DNA of 48,788 nucleotides from Actinomycetota bacterium (GTDB lineage: Bacteria; Actinomycetota; CADDZG01; JAHWKV01; JAOPZY01): NCBI GenBank assembly GCA_025963875.1, contig JAOPZY010000172.1, positions 1-48,788 of the forward strand. The letters are read 5' to 3'. Below the pieces are notes generated by a model, which was not told the origin of the DNA, ran no database searches, and saw only the letters and a program-made list of their open reading frames with translations. Shown in pieces: positions 1 through 12,372 of this stretch. A program made the position numbers and the translations under genes. Position 1 is the first letter of the stretch, and the number at the start of each line of letters is the position of its first letter.

Positions 1-26
1 CCCCGGCGGGGCGCTGGCGGACTCAC
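1..26 (-). CDS. N-terminus of probable PemK/MazF-family toxin (cut by window edge)
   Basis: GTG overlaps the antitoxin stop (GTGA); reads VSPPAPRR(G), like the 'RRGEVW' start of PemK/MazF toxins; only ~9 codons visible. Confidence 0.4.
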
Positions 27-292
27 GGAGCATCATCGTCGACCCCATACAGGGCCTCCCAATCCGTGTCGTCGCCGAGGGCCGAGAGATCCCCGACGGC
101 TGCCAGCTGTGCCTCGGCATCGGTAGGGGGAACCCGCTGATAGGCGGTGATGTCGGCTCGCAACCGTTCTGCCCAGATGAGCCGATCCAGCGCCAGGTCG
201 ATCACCTCGGAGGTGGAGCCTGCGCCGACCAGCGACCGGGCTTGGGACGCCTTCGTTCTATCGAGCGTAATCGTGACCTTATCTTTCGCCAT
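23..292 (-). CDS. Putative type II antitoxin (RHH-like N-terminus)
   Basis: MAKDKVTITLD...STSEVIDLAL beta-helix-helix pattern, acidic C-tail, 89 aa, coupled to downstream ORF; TAGTAT -10 lies 7 nt upstream of ATG. Confidence 0.6.
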   Translation of the reverse strand: MAKDKVTITLDRTKASQARSLVGAGSTSEVIDLALDRLIWAERLRADITAYQRVPPTDAEAQLAAVGDLSALGDDTDWEALYGVDDDAP

Positions 293-329
293 ACCGCACA
301 TACTACCATCACGCCATACTTCCGACACA

Positions 330-378
330 GAGGTTAGGTAAGAATGTGTTGTTATCGCTGACATTTTTACCTAACCTC
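330..378. repeat. 49-bp palindromic element, copy A
   Basis: gaggttaggtaagaatgt...acatttttacctaacctc; inverted arms, AT-rich relative to surroundings. Confidence 0.85.
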
Positions 379-398
379 TCGGGGCGGCGGCCCCCACC

Positions 399-878
399 TC
401 AGTCGGGGTGGGCGGCCCGCCAGGCGGGCCAGGGCAGCGGGTCCTCGCCGGCGACCTGGCGGACGAACTCCTCCAGGAACCAGGTGCGGAATGACACGGC
501 CTCCGGGGGCGTCACGAGCGTCAGGAGGTGCCGGCCGGCCCGGCAGTACTCGTCGGCCTCGGCCAGCAGCGACCCCAGGCGGATGCATGCATCCGAGATC
601 TCGGCCGGCACCTTGTACACGAGATCGATCTCCGTCTCGGCAGAGGCCTCGGCGGCCGCCAGCTCGGCGTCAGTGCCGGCGGTGAAGCCGGAGAACCGGT
701 CCTTGAGCTCGTCGGCGACCTCGAGGAGCCGGCGTGGGACCCCGTGATTGTCCGCCTCGCTGAGCTGGATCAGCGCGAACTCCCGCATCATGCCGTCGCC
801 GTGCTCGCGGGCGCGCTGCAGGATCGGCACCGGGAGGGACAGGATGCGCACCTCGATCAGCTGCGGCGTGTCACTCAC
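399..878 (-). CDS. Uncharacterised helical protein coupled to anti-sigma kinase
   Basis: 159 aa, GTGA overlap with upstream gene; motifs REFAL, EADEYCRAG, LLTLVTP, W-FLEEFVRQ. Confidence 0.75.
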   Translation of the reverse strand: MSDTPQLIEVRILSLPVPILQRAREHGDGMMREFALIQLSEADNHGVPRRLLEVADELKDRFSGFTAGTDAELAAAEASAETEIDLVYKVPAEISDACIRLGSLLAEADEYCRAGRHLLTLVTPPEAVSFRTWFLEEFVRQVAGEDPLPWPAWRAAHPD

Positions 879-1318
879 GACCGGCTAGACCGCCATTTCA
901 ACCTGGCCCGTTCGGCCTCGGCGGCGGCCGGCGTGTCGATCTCGAACCACACCGCCTTGCCCCCGGCCCCGTTGCCCTGGTCGCCCACCGCGCTCGTGCC
1001 CCATCGATCCGCCATGTGGTCCACGAGGTGCAGGCCCCGGCCGGTGGTCGACGTCGGCGAGTAGTAGCGCTGCGCGGGCATGCCGGCGCCGTCGTCGCGT
1101 ACCTCGACCCGAAGGAAGACCCCGAGCGTGACCACGAGGACGATGTCGCCCTCCCCGTAGAGGAACGCGTTGGTGACGAGCTCGCTGACCGCGAGGAGCG
1201 CACGGTCGCTCAGGTCGGCGTGATCCCAGGAATCCAGGGCCTTGGCGACGAAGCGGCGCGCCAGTGACGGGGCCTGGGGACCCGCGGGCAGCACCTCGGT
1301 TGCGTTGCGCAGTTCCAT
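875..1318 (-). CDS. RsbW-like anti-sigma factor / Ser kinase (HATPase_c_2)
   Basis: ARRFV...LAVSELVTNA (N box), VEVRDDG (G1), GRGLHLV (G2), GKAVWFEI. Confidence 0.9.
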   Translation of the reverse strand: MELRNATEVLPAGPQAPSLARRFVAKALDSWDHADLSDRALLAVSELVTNAFLYGEGDIVLVVTLGVFLRVEVRDDGAGMPAQRYYSPTSTTGRGLHLVDHMADRWGTSAVGDQGNGAGGKAVWFEIDTPAAAEAERARLKWRSSRS

Positions 1319-1330
1319 GGTGGTCCGGAT

Positions 1331-3232
1331 CTAACTCTGGTCGGCGTCGAGCCGTCGCATCGCCACGACGGCCACGTCATCGGACGGCTGAAACTCGGCG
1401 GTCCGCCGAATAATCCCGGTAACCAGCTTATCCAGAGGACCGCCGGGCGGGAGGCGCGAAAGGCAAGCGCCTAGCTCTTCCATCGCCTCGTCTACCGCAA
1501 GCTGCGGGCCGAGCAGCCCGTCGGTGTAGAACAGCATCACGCCGCCGGGGGGCAGCGACGACTGCGACTCGGGACGGGAGGCGGGCCCGGCGCCGAGCGG
1601 GGGCCCCGGGTCCACCTCCATGGCCCGCACCATCGAGCCGTCTCTCAACAGCGGCGGCGGGTGACCGGCGCTTGCAAGCGTCACCGCCCCGGTGGCCGGG
1701 CACACCGATGCCACGGCGACGGTCACCATCCGCTCCACGTCCAGGTCGAGGAGGAAGTTCTCGGCCACCGAGAGCACGGCGGAGGGGCGCTCACCCCGGC
1801 TGGCCTCCGCCCTGATGACACTGCTGACCCGGGCCATCACCGCGGCTGCACCGGCGTCGTGGCCCTCGACGTCGCCGACCACAACGACGACGGCCCCCGT
1901 ACCCGGTACGACCACGACGTCGTACCAGTCCCCGCCGACCTCGGCGGTCTCATTGGCGGGCTGGTACGCCACCGCGAAGGCGAACCCCTCGACATCGGGC
2001 GGATCGCCGGGGAGCAGGCCGCGCTGCAGTTCCTCGGCGATGGCCCGGACGGCCTCGGCCCGGGCGGCGGCCTCGCGCTGGATCTCCCGGTCGGTCACGT
2101 CGCTCCACACCACGAGCAGCTCGTCGTCGGCCAGGCGGCTTGCCACCACGTCGTAGCGGCGCACCTCGCCCTCCTCCGAGTACGGCAACGCCGTCAGGTG
2201 CAGTGGGCGGCCCGTGCGGAGGACGTCCAGATAGTCGTCGAGGAAGCCCGTCCCCCGCAGCGGCGGGTAGAGCTCGAGGATGGTCCGGCCCACAAGGTCA
2301 CGGGGGCCGCGCCCAGCGAAATCCGAGGCCCCCGTCGTGGCGTAGGTGATCCGGAAGTCGACGATGTCGCCCCCCTCCGACCGGACCGCCTGCTGGATGG
2401 TCACGGAGTCGAGCACCGCCTCCAGGACCGCCTCGAAACGCTCCTCGCTCCTCTTGATCTCCGTCACGTCGAGGGCGGCGCCCGTGATCCCGACGATGGA
2501 TCCCGTGTCGTCCCGGTCCGCCTGCAGCGTCATGTCGAAATACCGGGTCCCACCCTCGGAGGGCACCTTGAACACCAGGCGGGTGCCGAGCCCGGTCTCG
2601 AGCACGCGTCGCTTGGCGGGAAGGACTGCCTGGGCGGCATCGGGCGGGAGGACCTCCTCATCGGTGCGACCGACGAGGAGCTCGGGCGAGGCGTTGATCA
2701 CCGTCTTGTTGGCCCAGGTGAAGCGAAGCTGACGGTCCTGCGTGAACACGAAGACGGGAGCTGCGGCCAGGGCGACGGCGCAGCGCTGCTCCGCCTGGCG
2801 CCAGGCCCGCTCGGTTTCACGGACCCCGCTGACCTCCCGGGCAATGATCATCCCGCCGACCACGCTTCCCTCCGGCGTCACAAGAGGCGTCATCGTGCAG
2901 GACCACACGGATCCGGGGTCATGGACACCCCCGCGCTCGAACTGCCGTACCTCACCGGAGAGGACCCACCGCATCTCTGCCTCGACGACGCTCGCCTCCG
3001 CCGGCGGCAGGACATCGCCGGGACGGCGGCCGACGATGTCCTGGCGCCTCCAGCCGAAGCGGGTGATCCCGGCGCCGGCTACCACCTGATAGCGCAGGTC
3101 CTTGCCGAAGACCATCAGCGCGGTGTCGGGAAGGGCATCGGCGAACGCCCGGTAGACGTCCTCCTCCGTTGCCGTCGGCGCGGAATCGGCCCGAACAACC
3201 GTCACCGATACCTGGTCCCTGTCGTTCGGCAC
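1331..3232 (-). CDS. Multi-PAS SpoIIE/PP2C phosphatase (RsbU-like)
   Basis: Three PAS/PAC-like repeats then LQRGLLP, VGGDWYD, VGDVEGH, SAGHPPP, FYTDGL, DDVAVV. Confidence 0.9.
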   Translation of the reverse strand: MPNDRDQVSVTVVRADSAPTATEEDVYRAFADALPDTALMVFGKDLRYQVVAGAGITRFGWRRQDIVGRRPGDVLPPAEASVVEAEMRWVLSGEVRQFERGGVHDPGSVWSCTMTPLVTPEGSVVGGMIIAREVSGVRETERAWRQAEQRCAVALAAAPVFVFTQDRQLRFTWANKTVINASPELLVGRTDEEVLPPDAAQAVLPAKRRVLETGLGTRLVFKVPSEGGTRYFDMTLQADRDDTGSIVGITGAALDVTEIKRSEERFEAVLEAVLDSVTIQQAVRSEGGDIVDFRITYATTGASDFAGRGPRDLVGRTILELYPPLRGTGFLDDYLDVLRTGRPLHLTALPYSEEGEVRRYDVVASRLADDELLVVWSDVTDREIQREAAARAEAVRAIAEELQRGLLPGDPPDVEGFAFAVAYQPANETAEVGGDWYDVVVVPGTGAVVVVVGDVEGHDAGAAAVMARVSSVIRAEASRGERPSAVLSVAENFLLDLDVERMVTVAVASVCPATGAVTLASAGHPPPLLRDGSMVRAMEVDPGPPLGAGPASRPESQSSLPPGGVMLFYTDGLLGPQLAVDEAMEELGACLSRLPPGGPLDKLVTGIIRRTAEFQPSDDVAVVAMRRLDADQS

Positions 3233-3273
3233 GCCTGATCATCGCGCCGGAAGTGCGCTTCCGCTTCCCCAGC

Positions 3274-4145
3274 TCAGATCTCTCGGCGGCGGAAGCTCCA
3301 GGAGGCCGCCGAGAAGACGGCGACCGCCCAGACACCGACCCACAGTAGGTAGGCGACCGGCGGCCCGCTCGGGGCGAAGAACGGGTTGGCGGCCGCCTGG
3401 GTGCGCCCCGAGCCGAGGATGCCGGCGATCCATGCGGCCGGCTCGAGCGAGTAGACGGCCCCACGCCAGAGGCCGTCGGAAGGCATGATCATGCGCGTGA
3501 GGGTCCCCACGGTGGCGACCCCGTGGTTGTTCAGCGCGGCCCCGAGCGCAACGGCGATGCCGCCCATCCAGGCGAGCATGAAACCGCCGAGCGCCACGAC
3601 CCCGCCGGTGACGGACGACATGCGGGTGCTGAGCAGGGTCGTGAGGGTGAGGGTCACCAGCGCCTCCCCGGTGAGGAACGCCATGAACCCGAGGGGATGC
3701 GGCGGCCGGTAGCCGGTGACGAGGTCGACGACGAGGAACTCGAGGCTCGAGGCGACCACCACGTAGCCGGCGGTGAGCACCGCCAGGCCGAGCCACTTGC
3801 CGGCGAGGAACTGCACCCGGCGGATCGGCCGGGTGAGCACCGCGGCGGCCACGCCGGACTCCAGCTCCCCGGCGATCGAGGGAGCCGCCATGAACACCGT
3901 GCTGAGCGCGAGCACGAAGCTGAAGGCGAACATCGCCACGATCAGGAGCTGGGAGGTGACGGTCTTGAGCTCGGCGACGTCCAGGCGAGGAGCCCCCCGG
4001 TCGAGCTGGTGGGCGAGGACGGTGAGCCGCCAGAACCCGAACCCGGTGAGGGCGATCCCCACCACGGTGATGAGGGCAAGGGCCACGACGAGCTTCTTCC
4101 GGGACGCCTCCCGGACCGTGGCCCCGGCGATCGTCAGCGTGGCAC

Positions 4146-4149
<4 letters not shown>
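3274..4149 (-). CDS. ABC-2 type transporter permease
   Basis: Multiple TM segments, ELESG...[14 protein letters not shown] motif, C-terminal FRRREI. Confidence 0.9.
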
Positions 4150-5104
<955 letters not shown>

Positions 5105-5108
<4 letters not shown>

Positions 5109-6292
5109 TGCATCGACCTCGCGATGGCGACGACCTGGCGGTCGGTCAGGGAACCGGCCACCCCGTACACCAGGCCATGGCTCTGCCACACGACGCCGCT
5201 GGCGATGCCGGTTGTGTCGCCGATGACCAGGCCCGGCGCCCCGTTGATGTCGGCGGCGTGCGCCGAGGCCAGGGACTTCGGAATCGGGATCGGCAGGGTG
5301 GACGACAGGTCCCCGAGGGCCCTGACCTGGCTCGCCAGCGAGGCCGGGACTCCCGGCATCGACAGCAGGGCGTCCTCGTACTGGGCGACCGAGGGGCCGT
5401 CGGAGTAGAGCACCGGCGCCTTCATCTGCACGATGACGAGCTGCGGGATGCCGCCCAGCCCTCCCAGGAGCCCGTGGTGGGCGTTATCGGCGGCGGTGCC
5501 GCTGGCGCCCGACTTCGGAACCGAGAAGGGCCCGAGGCTGCTCTGCGACCCGACGGTCTCGATCACCACCGGCCCACCATTGAGCGTCAGGCTGCTCCCG
5601 TCGAGGGTGGCCGGGAGCGCCGGGAGCGGCTTGCCGAACTTGTCGGCGCTGGCAGAGGCGGCAGCCTTGCTGAAGGTGAAGGATGCCGATCCCGCCGACA
5701 GGACGTGGAACGCCGGGTCGCCCTTGATCTCCGAGGGCAGCTTGCCGGGCGTCAGGAGGTGCAGGCCGCTGCTCTGGGCGGCGCCTGCCAGGCTGGAGGC
5801 CATATCCCCCTGAGGCGACTGCAGCACCCGCACCGAGCCGTAGCCGGAGAGATCCGGCAGGGTGCCCAGGCTCGTGATGTCGATCGGGACGGCGACGAAG
5901 CTCTCGGGCTGAAAGATCTTGATGATGTCGCTCGCGACGCCCGTGGCCACGAGGGCTCCCATGGAAGCGACGACGACGGTGAGGATGGCCCCCGCCCGGA
6001 GCGTGCGCCGCCCTGCGAGCTGCACCCCGGTGCGGAGCAGGTCGGCAAGGGTGGGCTTGGGCGGGACGACGCCGGTCTCGGCGCTGCGGAGCCGCCGCAG
6101 GGCGGGAACGGGGTCCACTGCCTCGTTGGCTCCCGTGAGAGCCGCCGCGGCCACGGCGGCATCGGCCGCCATCGCCTCGCTGTGGCGCCGGCAGCTGGCA
6201 CAGGATGCTGCGTGGGTGCGGTCCGGCTCGGGCACGGCCCCGGGCTCGTCCAGGATCTGGCGGAGCACCGACTGGCTCGGATGACGCTTCAT
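5105..6292 (-). CDS. Membrane anti-sigma factor with HxxxCxxC zinc motif
   Basis: MKRHP...HAASCASC, one TM, large extracytoplasmic domain; ATGA overlap with sigma gene. Confidence 0.8.
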
Positions 6293-6828
6293 AGTTGCAC
6301 CTCCCGCTTGAGACGGGCCTCTGCCCGCCGGAGCACCGTCCCCACCTGTCCGACACCGATCCCCATGGCCTCCCCGACCTCCGCATACGACAGCCCGCTG
6401 TAGCGCAGCGCCAGCACCCCGGCCGCCCGGGCCGGCAGCTTGCGCATGGCGGAGCGGACGGCGTCCCGGTCGTAGTTGCGCTCGGCGATGCGCTGCGGAT
6501 CCGCCGACCACCCGTCCTCGCCGCCGGAGGCGGCATCCAGCTCCTCTCGCCGCTCCCGGCGCCGGCGTCCCCGGACCCGGTTCAGTGCGGTGTGCCAGGC
6601 CGCCCGGTGCAGCCAGGCCGCCGCGTAGGGGGCGGTCGGCGAATGGCGCCGGTGGAAGTCGAGGAAGACCTCCTGCGCCACGTCCTCCGCCTCGGCCCGG
6701 TCGACCAGCACCCGGTTGGCGACGCCGACGACCTTCGGGTACTCGGCGACGAAGAGCGCCTCGAAGGCCTGCACCATGCCTCGTTGGCCTGCCAGATCAC
6801 CCGCCGGAAGACTCACCGTCACGTCCAT
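6289..6828 (-). CDS. ECF sigma-70 factor
   Basis: AEDVAQEVF, WLHRAAWHTALN, LRYSGLSYAEVG; start approximate. Confidence 0.9.
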   Translation of the reverse strand: MDVTVSLPAGDLAGQRGMVQAFEALFVAEYPKVVGVANRVLVDRAEAEDVAQEVFLDFHRRHSPTAPYAAAWLHRAAWHTALNRVRGRRRRERREELDAASGGEDGWSADPQRIAERNYDRDAVRSAMRKLPARAAGVLALRYSGLSYAEVGEAMGIGVGQVGTVLRRAEARLKREVQL

Positions 6829-6874
6829 CAGCCTATGAAGCACCGCACCCGCTCCGTTTGTGACGGGGGGACGC

Positions 6875-8875
<2,001 letters not shown>

Positions 8876-9610
8876 CTACGCCCTCCCGGGCGCGCGGACG
8901 ATCTGCATGTCGCCCCAGACGCCGATCTGCGACTCGGCGAGGATGATCACCCCGCGCAGGCCGTACGGTTCGAGGCGCAGCGTTGCGGCCAGCGCCCGCT
9001 CGACGTGGTTGGCGTGCAGCATCGCCATGCCGATGGCGCTTGCCGCGGCGTCCGCGACCGCCCCGTGGTCGGCCAGCACGGCCACCACCCGCGCATGACC
9101 GATGCCGGGGTTGCTGCGGGTGCGGCCCGTCGAGGCGTAGAAGGCGAAGGGGCGGCCCGGCTCGATCCGCACGCCGACGCCGGGCCGGCCCGAGCCCATC
9201 GGCGGCTCGACGACGAAGGTCTGCGCCCTGCGGTGCATGGTGAACGTGTCGCCCTCCGTGGAGACGATGACCTCCCGGGCGTGCTGGCTCAGGTCCCGGG
9301 CGACCGCCTCCGCCATGGCACCGGGCAGCGTCAGCATGGGGCCCACGCCCGCCGCGTCCGAGGCGTCGCCCATTGCCCGCACGAGCGGCGGGGCGCCGGG
9401 GCCCACCGGCTGGGGGACGAACGAGGTCATGAACGACGAGTGGCCGGCGACGTACGCCTCCAGCTGCTCCCAGTGCTTCAGGGCGACGATGCGCGCCTGG
9501 TCACGAACGTTCTCCACGGCGCCGATGCGCAGTTCCAGCGTGCCCACGTGGAGATCGAAGAACGCCAGGTTGTCGGACCGGAGCCGGTCGAGGATCCCCC
9601 GCTTGGGCAC
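8876..9610 (-). CDS. UPF0280 / ApbE-like family protein
   Basis: AMGDASDAAGVGPM..GAMAEAV, EVIVSTEGD, STG, ADAAASAIG; GTG start at 9610. Confidence 0.7.
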   Translation of the reverse strand: MPKRGILDRLRSDNLAFFDLHVGTLELRIGAVENVRDQARIVALKHWEQLEAYVAGHSSFMTSFVPQPVGPGAPPLVRAMGDASDAAGVGPMLTLPGAMAEAVARDLSQHAREVIVSTEGDTFTMHRRAQTFVVEPPMGSGRPGVGVRIEPGRPFAFYASTGRTRSNPGIGHARVVAVLADHGAVADAAASAIGMAMLHANHVERALAATLRLEPYGLRGVIILAESQIGVWGDMQIVRAPGRA

Positions 9611-9618
9611 GTCCGGCC

Positions 9619-10683
9619 CTACCGGACCCGGTCGATCGTGCCGCCGCCCAGGACCTCCTCGCCGCGGTAGAAGACGGCTGCCTGGCCAGGCGCCGCAGGA
9701 GGCTGGGGCTCGTCGAAGCTGAAGAGCCACGACGCGGCTCGCCGCTCCAGCCTGCCCGTAGCCTCCGGCCCCCGGTACCGGGTCATCACCGCCGCGCGAA
9801 GGACTTCCGGGCTGTCGGCCCCCACAAACGAGACGCCGGAAAGGTCCAGCTCGGTGATGCGCTGTTCCTCGGCCGGGGCGACCACCACCGCATTGTCGGC
9901 CGGGCGGACCTCCCGGACGTAGAGGGGCAGGCCCACGCCCACGCCGAGGCCCCGGCGCTGGCCGACCGTGTAGTGGGCGAAGCCGCGATGGGTGCCGATG
10001 CGGCTGCCGTCGGCGGTGAGGACGGGCCCGGGGCGGGAACCCTCCGGCACCGCCTGCTCGAGGAACGGGTGCAGCTTGCCGCCGGGCACGAAGCAGATCT
10101 CCTGGCTCTCGGGTTTGTGGGCGGTCCGCAGCCCGAGCGAGGCCGCGATGTCGCGGATCTCCGGCTTGGAGTACTCACCGACGGGGAAGTGGGTCCAGGA
10201 GAGCTCGGCCTGGTCCAGCATGTAGAGCACGTAGCTCTGGTCCTTGGCGCCGTCGCGTGCCCGCAGCAGCCTGCGGTGCCCCGCGACGCCGTCCACCCGG
10301 GCGTAGTGCCCGGTGGCGAGCGCCTCGGCCCCGACGGCCCGGGCTCTGCCGGCGAGGGCCGAGAACTTGATGGCCCGGTTGCAGGTCACGCACGGGTTGG
10401 GCGTGCGACCCTGGGCGTAGGCGCCGACGAAGTCGTCGACGACGGTGCGGGCAAACTCCTCTGCGAAGTTGAAGACGTAGAAGGGGATGTCGAGGACCTG
10501 TGCGACCCGGCGGGCATCCTCGGCGGCGTCGAGCGAGCAGCAGCCACTCTCGTTGTTGGCGGCCGGTCCGGACCACAGCTTCAGCATGATCCCGGTCACG
10601 TCCCAGCCGGCGTCCTTCATGAGCGCGGCGGCAACCGACGAGTCCACGCCGCCCGACATGGCCACGACCGCCTTCCGGCTCAT
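9619..10683 (-). CDS. mnmA: tRNA 2-thiouridylase
   Basis: AMSGGVDSS, TPNPCVTCN, ATGHY, KDQSY, ESQEICF, PGQAAVFY. Confidence 0.97.
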   Translation of the reverse strand: MSRKAVVAMSGGVDSSVAAALMKDAGWDVTGIMLKLWSGPAANNESGCCSLDAAEDARRVAQVLDIPFYVFNFAEEFARTVVDDFVGAYAQGRTPNPCVTCNRAIKFSALAGRARAVGAEALATGHYARVDGVAGHRRLLRARDGAKDQSYVLYMLDQAELSWTHFPVGEYSKPEIRDIAASLGLRTAHKPESQEICFVPGGKLHPFLEQAVPEGSRPGPVLTADGSRIGTHRGFAHYTVGQRRGLGVGVGLPLYVREVRPADNAVVVAPAEEQRITELDLSGVSFVGADSPEVLRAAVMTRYRGPEATGRLERRAASWLFSFDEPQPPAAPGQAAVFYRGEEVLGGGTIDRVR

Positions 10684-11882
10684 CGACGGGCTACGGCAGC
10701 CGGGGCCGGCGTCGCCTTGCGGGAGAGACTGGGCGCGATCGAGCGGAGGCGCTCCACGACGGGAGGGAGCACCTCCAGCACCGCGTCGACATCCTCGGCG
10801 GTGGTCGCCCGGCCCAGCGACAGCCTGAGGGAGCCGTGGGCAAGCTCCGGGCGCACGCCCATCGCCATCAGCACGTGCGAGGGCTCCAGCGAACCCGACG
10901 TGCACGCCGACCCGCTCGAGGCGGCGATGCCCCTGGCGTCGAGCATCAGCAGGAGCGACTCCCCCTCGACGCCGTCGATGCAGACGTTGACGGTCCCCGG
11001 CACCCGGGCTGCCCCGGCGCCGTTGACCTTCACGCCCCCGATGGCGGCGAGGATGCCTTCCTGGAGGCGGTCGCGCAGCTGCGACAGCCGCGCCGCTTCC
11101 TCGGGAACCTCACCTGCCGCGATCTCCGCGGCGACGGCCATGCCCACGATGCCGGCGACGTTGGGGGTGCCCGACCGCAGGTCCCGCTCCTGGCCACCGC
11201 CGTGCAGCACCGGCTCGAGCGCGGTCTTGCGCCGGACGTAGAGCGCCCCGCTCCCCTTGGGGCCGCCGACCTTGTGGGCGGCGAAGGACGCCATGTCCAC
11301 TCCAAGTTCCTCCAGGTTCAACACGACCTTGCCAAGGGCCTGCACGGCGTCGGTGTGGAAGAGGGCACGGGAGCCCTCCCTGGTGATCCGCAGCGCCTGC
11401 TCGAGTGGCTGGAGCGTGCCGACCTCGTTGTTGGCCAGCATGATCGAGACGAGCACGGTCTCGGGTCCGAGGGCCGAGGCGAGCGCGTCGAGGTCGACGA
11501 CGCCCTCTGCGTCCACGGGCAGGAACGTGACGCGGAAGCCCTGCTTCTCGAGCCACTCCGCCGAGTGCAGCACCGCGTGGTGCTCCACCGCGGTCGTGAT
11601 GATGTGATTGCCGTTCCGGCGCATCGACCGGGCACGGAACGCTCCGCCCTTGAGGGCGAGGTTGTCGGCCTCGGTGCCGCCGGCGGTGAACACGATCTCG
11701 CTCGGGACGGCGCCGGCGGCGGCGGCCATGCGCTCCCGGGCCTCCTCAAGTCCCTTCTTGGCGTCCCTGCCCACGCCGTAGACGCTGGAGGGGTTCCCGA
11801 AGGTCCCTCGCAGGTACGGGAGCATGGCCTCGACGACCTCGTCGAGCACCGGGGTTGTGGCCGCATAGTCCAGGTAGCGCAC
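10680..11882 (-). CDS. iscS: Cysteine desulfurase (IscS/NifS type)
   Basis: YLDYAATTP, GNPSS, HTDAVQA, AHKVGGPKG, SGSACTS. Confidence 0.93.
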   Translation of the reverse strand: MRYLDYAATTPVLDEVVEAMLPYLRGTFGNPSSVYGVGRDAKKGLEEARERMAAAAGAVPSEIVFTAGGTEADNLALKGGAFRARSMRRNGNHIITTAVEHHAVLHSAEWLEKQGFRVTFLPVDAEGVVDLDALASALGPETVLVSIMLANNEVGTLQPLEQALRITREGSRALFHTDAVQALGKVVLNLEELGVDMASFAAHKVGGPKGSGALYVRRKTALEPVLHGGGQERDLRSGTPNVAGIVGMAVAAEIAAGEVPEEAARLSQLRDRLQEGILAAIGGVKVNGAGAARVPGTVNVCIDGVEGESLLLMLDARGIAASSGSACTSGSLEPSHVLMAMGVRPELAHGSLRLSLGRATTAEDVDAVLEVLPPVVERLRSIAPSLSRKATPAPAAVARR

Positions 11883-11935
11883 GCCCCCATCATACGGGCG
11901 GTGTGACCCAGTCCCGGGAGGGGTATCAGTCCCGT

Positions 11936-12205
11936 ATGAGAAACGTGCAGAAGAAGATCATGAAGCGGGCCAAGTCGGCGCGCCGGCCGGTCAAGAAGGC
12001 GGTAAAGCAGGGAGAGCGCAAGCTCCGTTTCGGCTACCTTGTTGGTCTCGGGGCACTCGTCGTGCTACGGAAGCGGTGGCGTGCCAAGCGGTCCGGCCGC
12101 GCCCTGCGCAACAAGCAGGGCGTCGGCCCCGCCCACATCGAGGGCGTGGCGCGGGCCGAGGAGCGCGGGATGAAGCATCGCCGCAAGGAGCCCGCGACGC
12201 CCTGA
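11936..12205 (+). CDS. Small, very basic protein with one short hydrophobic segment
   Basis: 89 aa, K/R-rich, FGYLVGLGALVVL; GC3-rich codons. Confidence 0.55.
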   Translation: MRNVQKKIMKRAKSARRPVKKAVKQGERKLRFGYLVGLGALVVLRKRWRAKRSGRALRNKQGVGPAHIEGVARAEERGMKHRRKEPATP

Positions 12206-12372
12206 GGCGCGCTCAAGATCAACTGGGGTGAAATCCCCCCGTTCGCTACGGAGCGCGGGCGCCTTGGCTTGCTCTTCAGTGTCTGAGAGTAAAAGTGGTC
12301 TTGTACGCCAGAATATGCTCAAAGTCCATATGCTCGTGCCGGCCACCCACGAGCTTGAAATGACGTGTCGCC

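Noticed and set aside
330..378. Palindromes as integron attC sites or CRISPR repeats
   Set aside because: Orientation is GTT...AAC, opposite to attC (RYYYAAC...GTTRRRY); copies are dispersed, not arrayed; no intI or cas genes
12206..12372. TGGGGTGAAATC resembling the c-di-AMP (ydaO) riboswitch core
   Set aside because: Lies between convergent genes and lacks the other conserved segments; more likely a lower-GC relic
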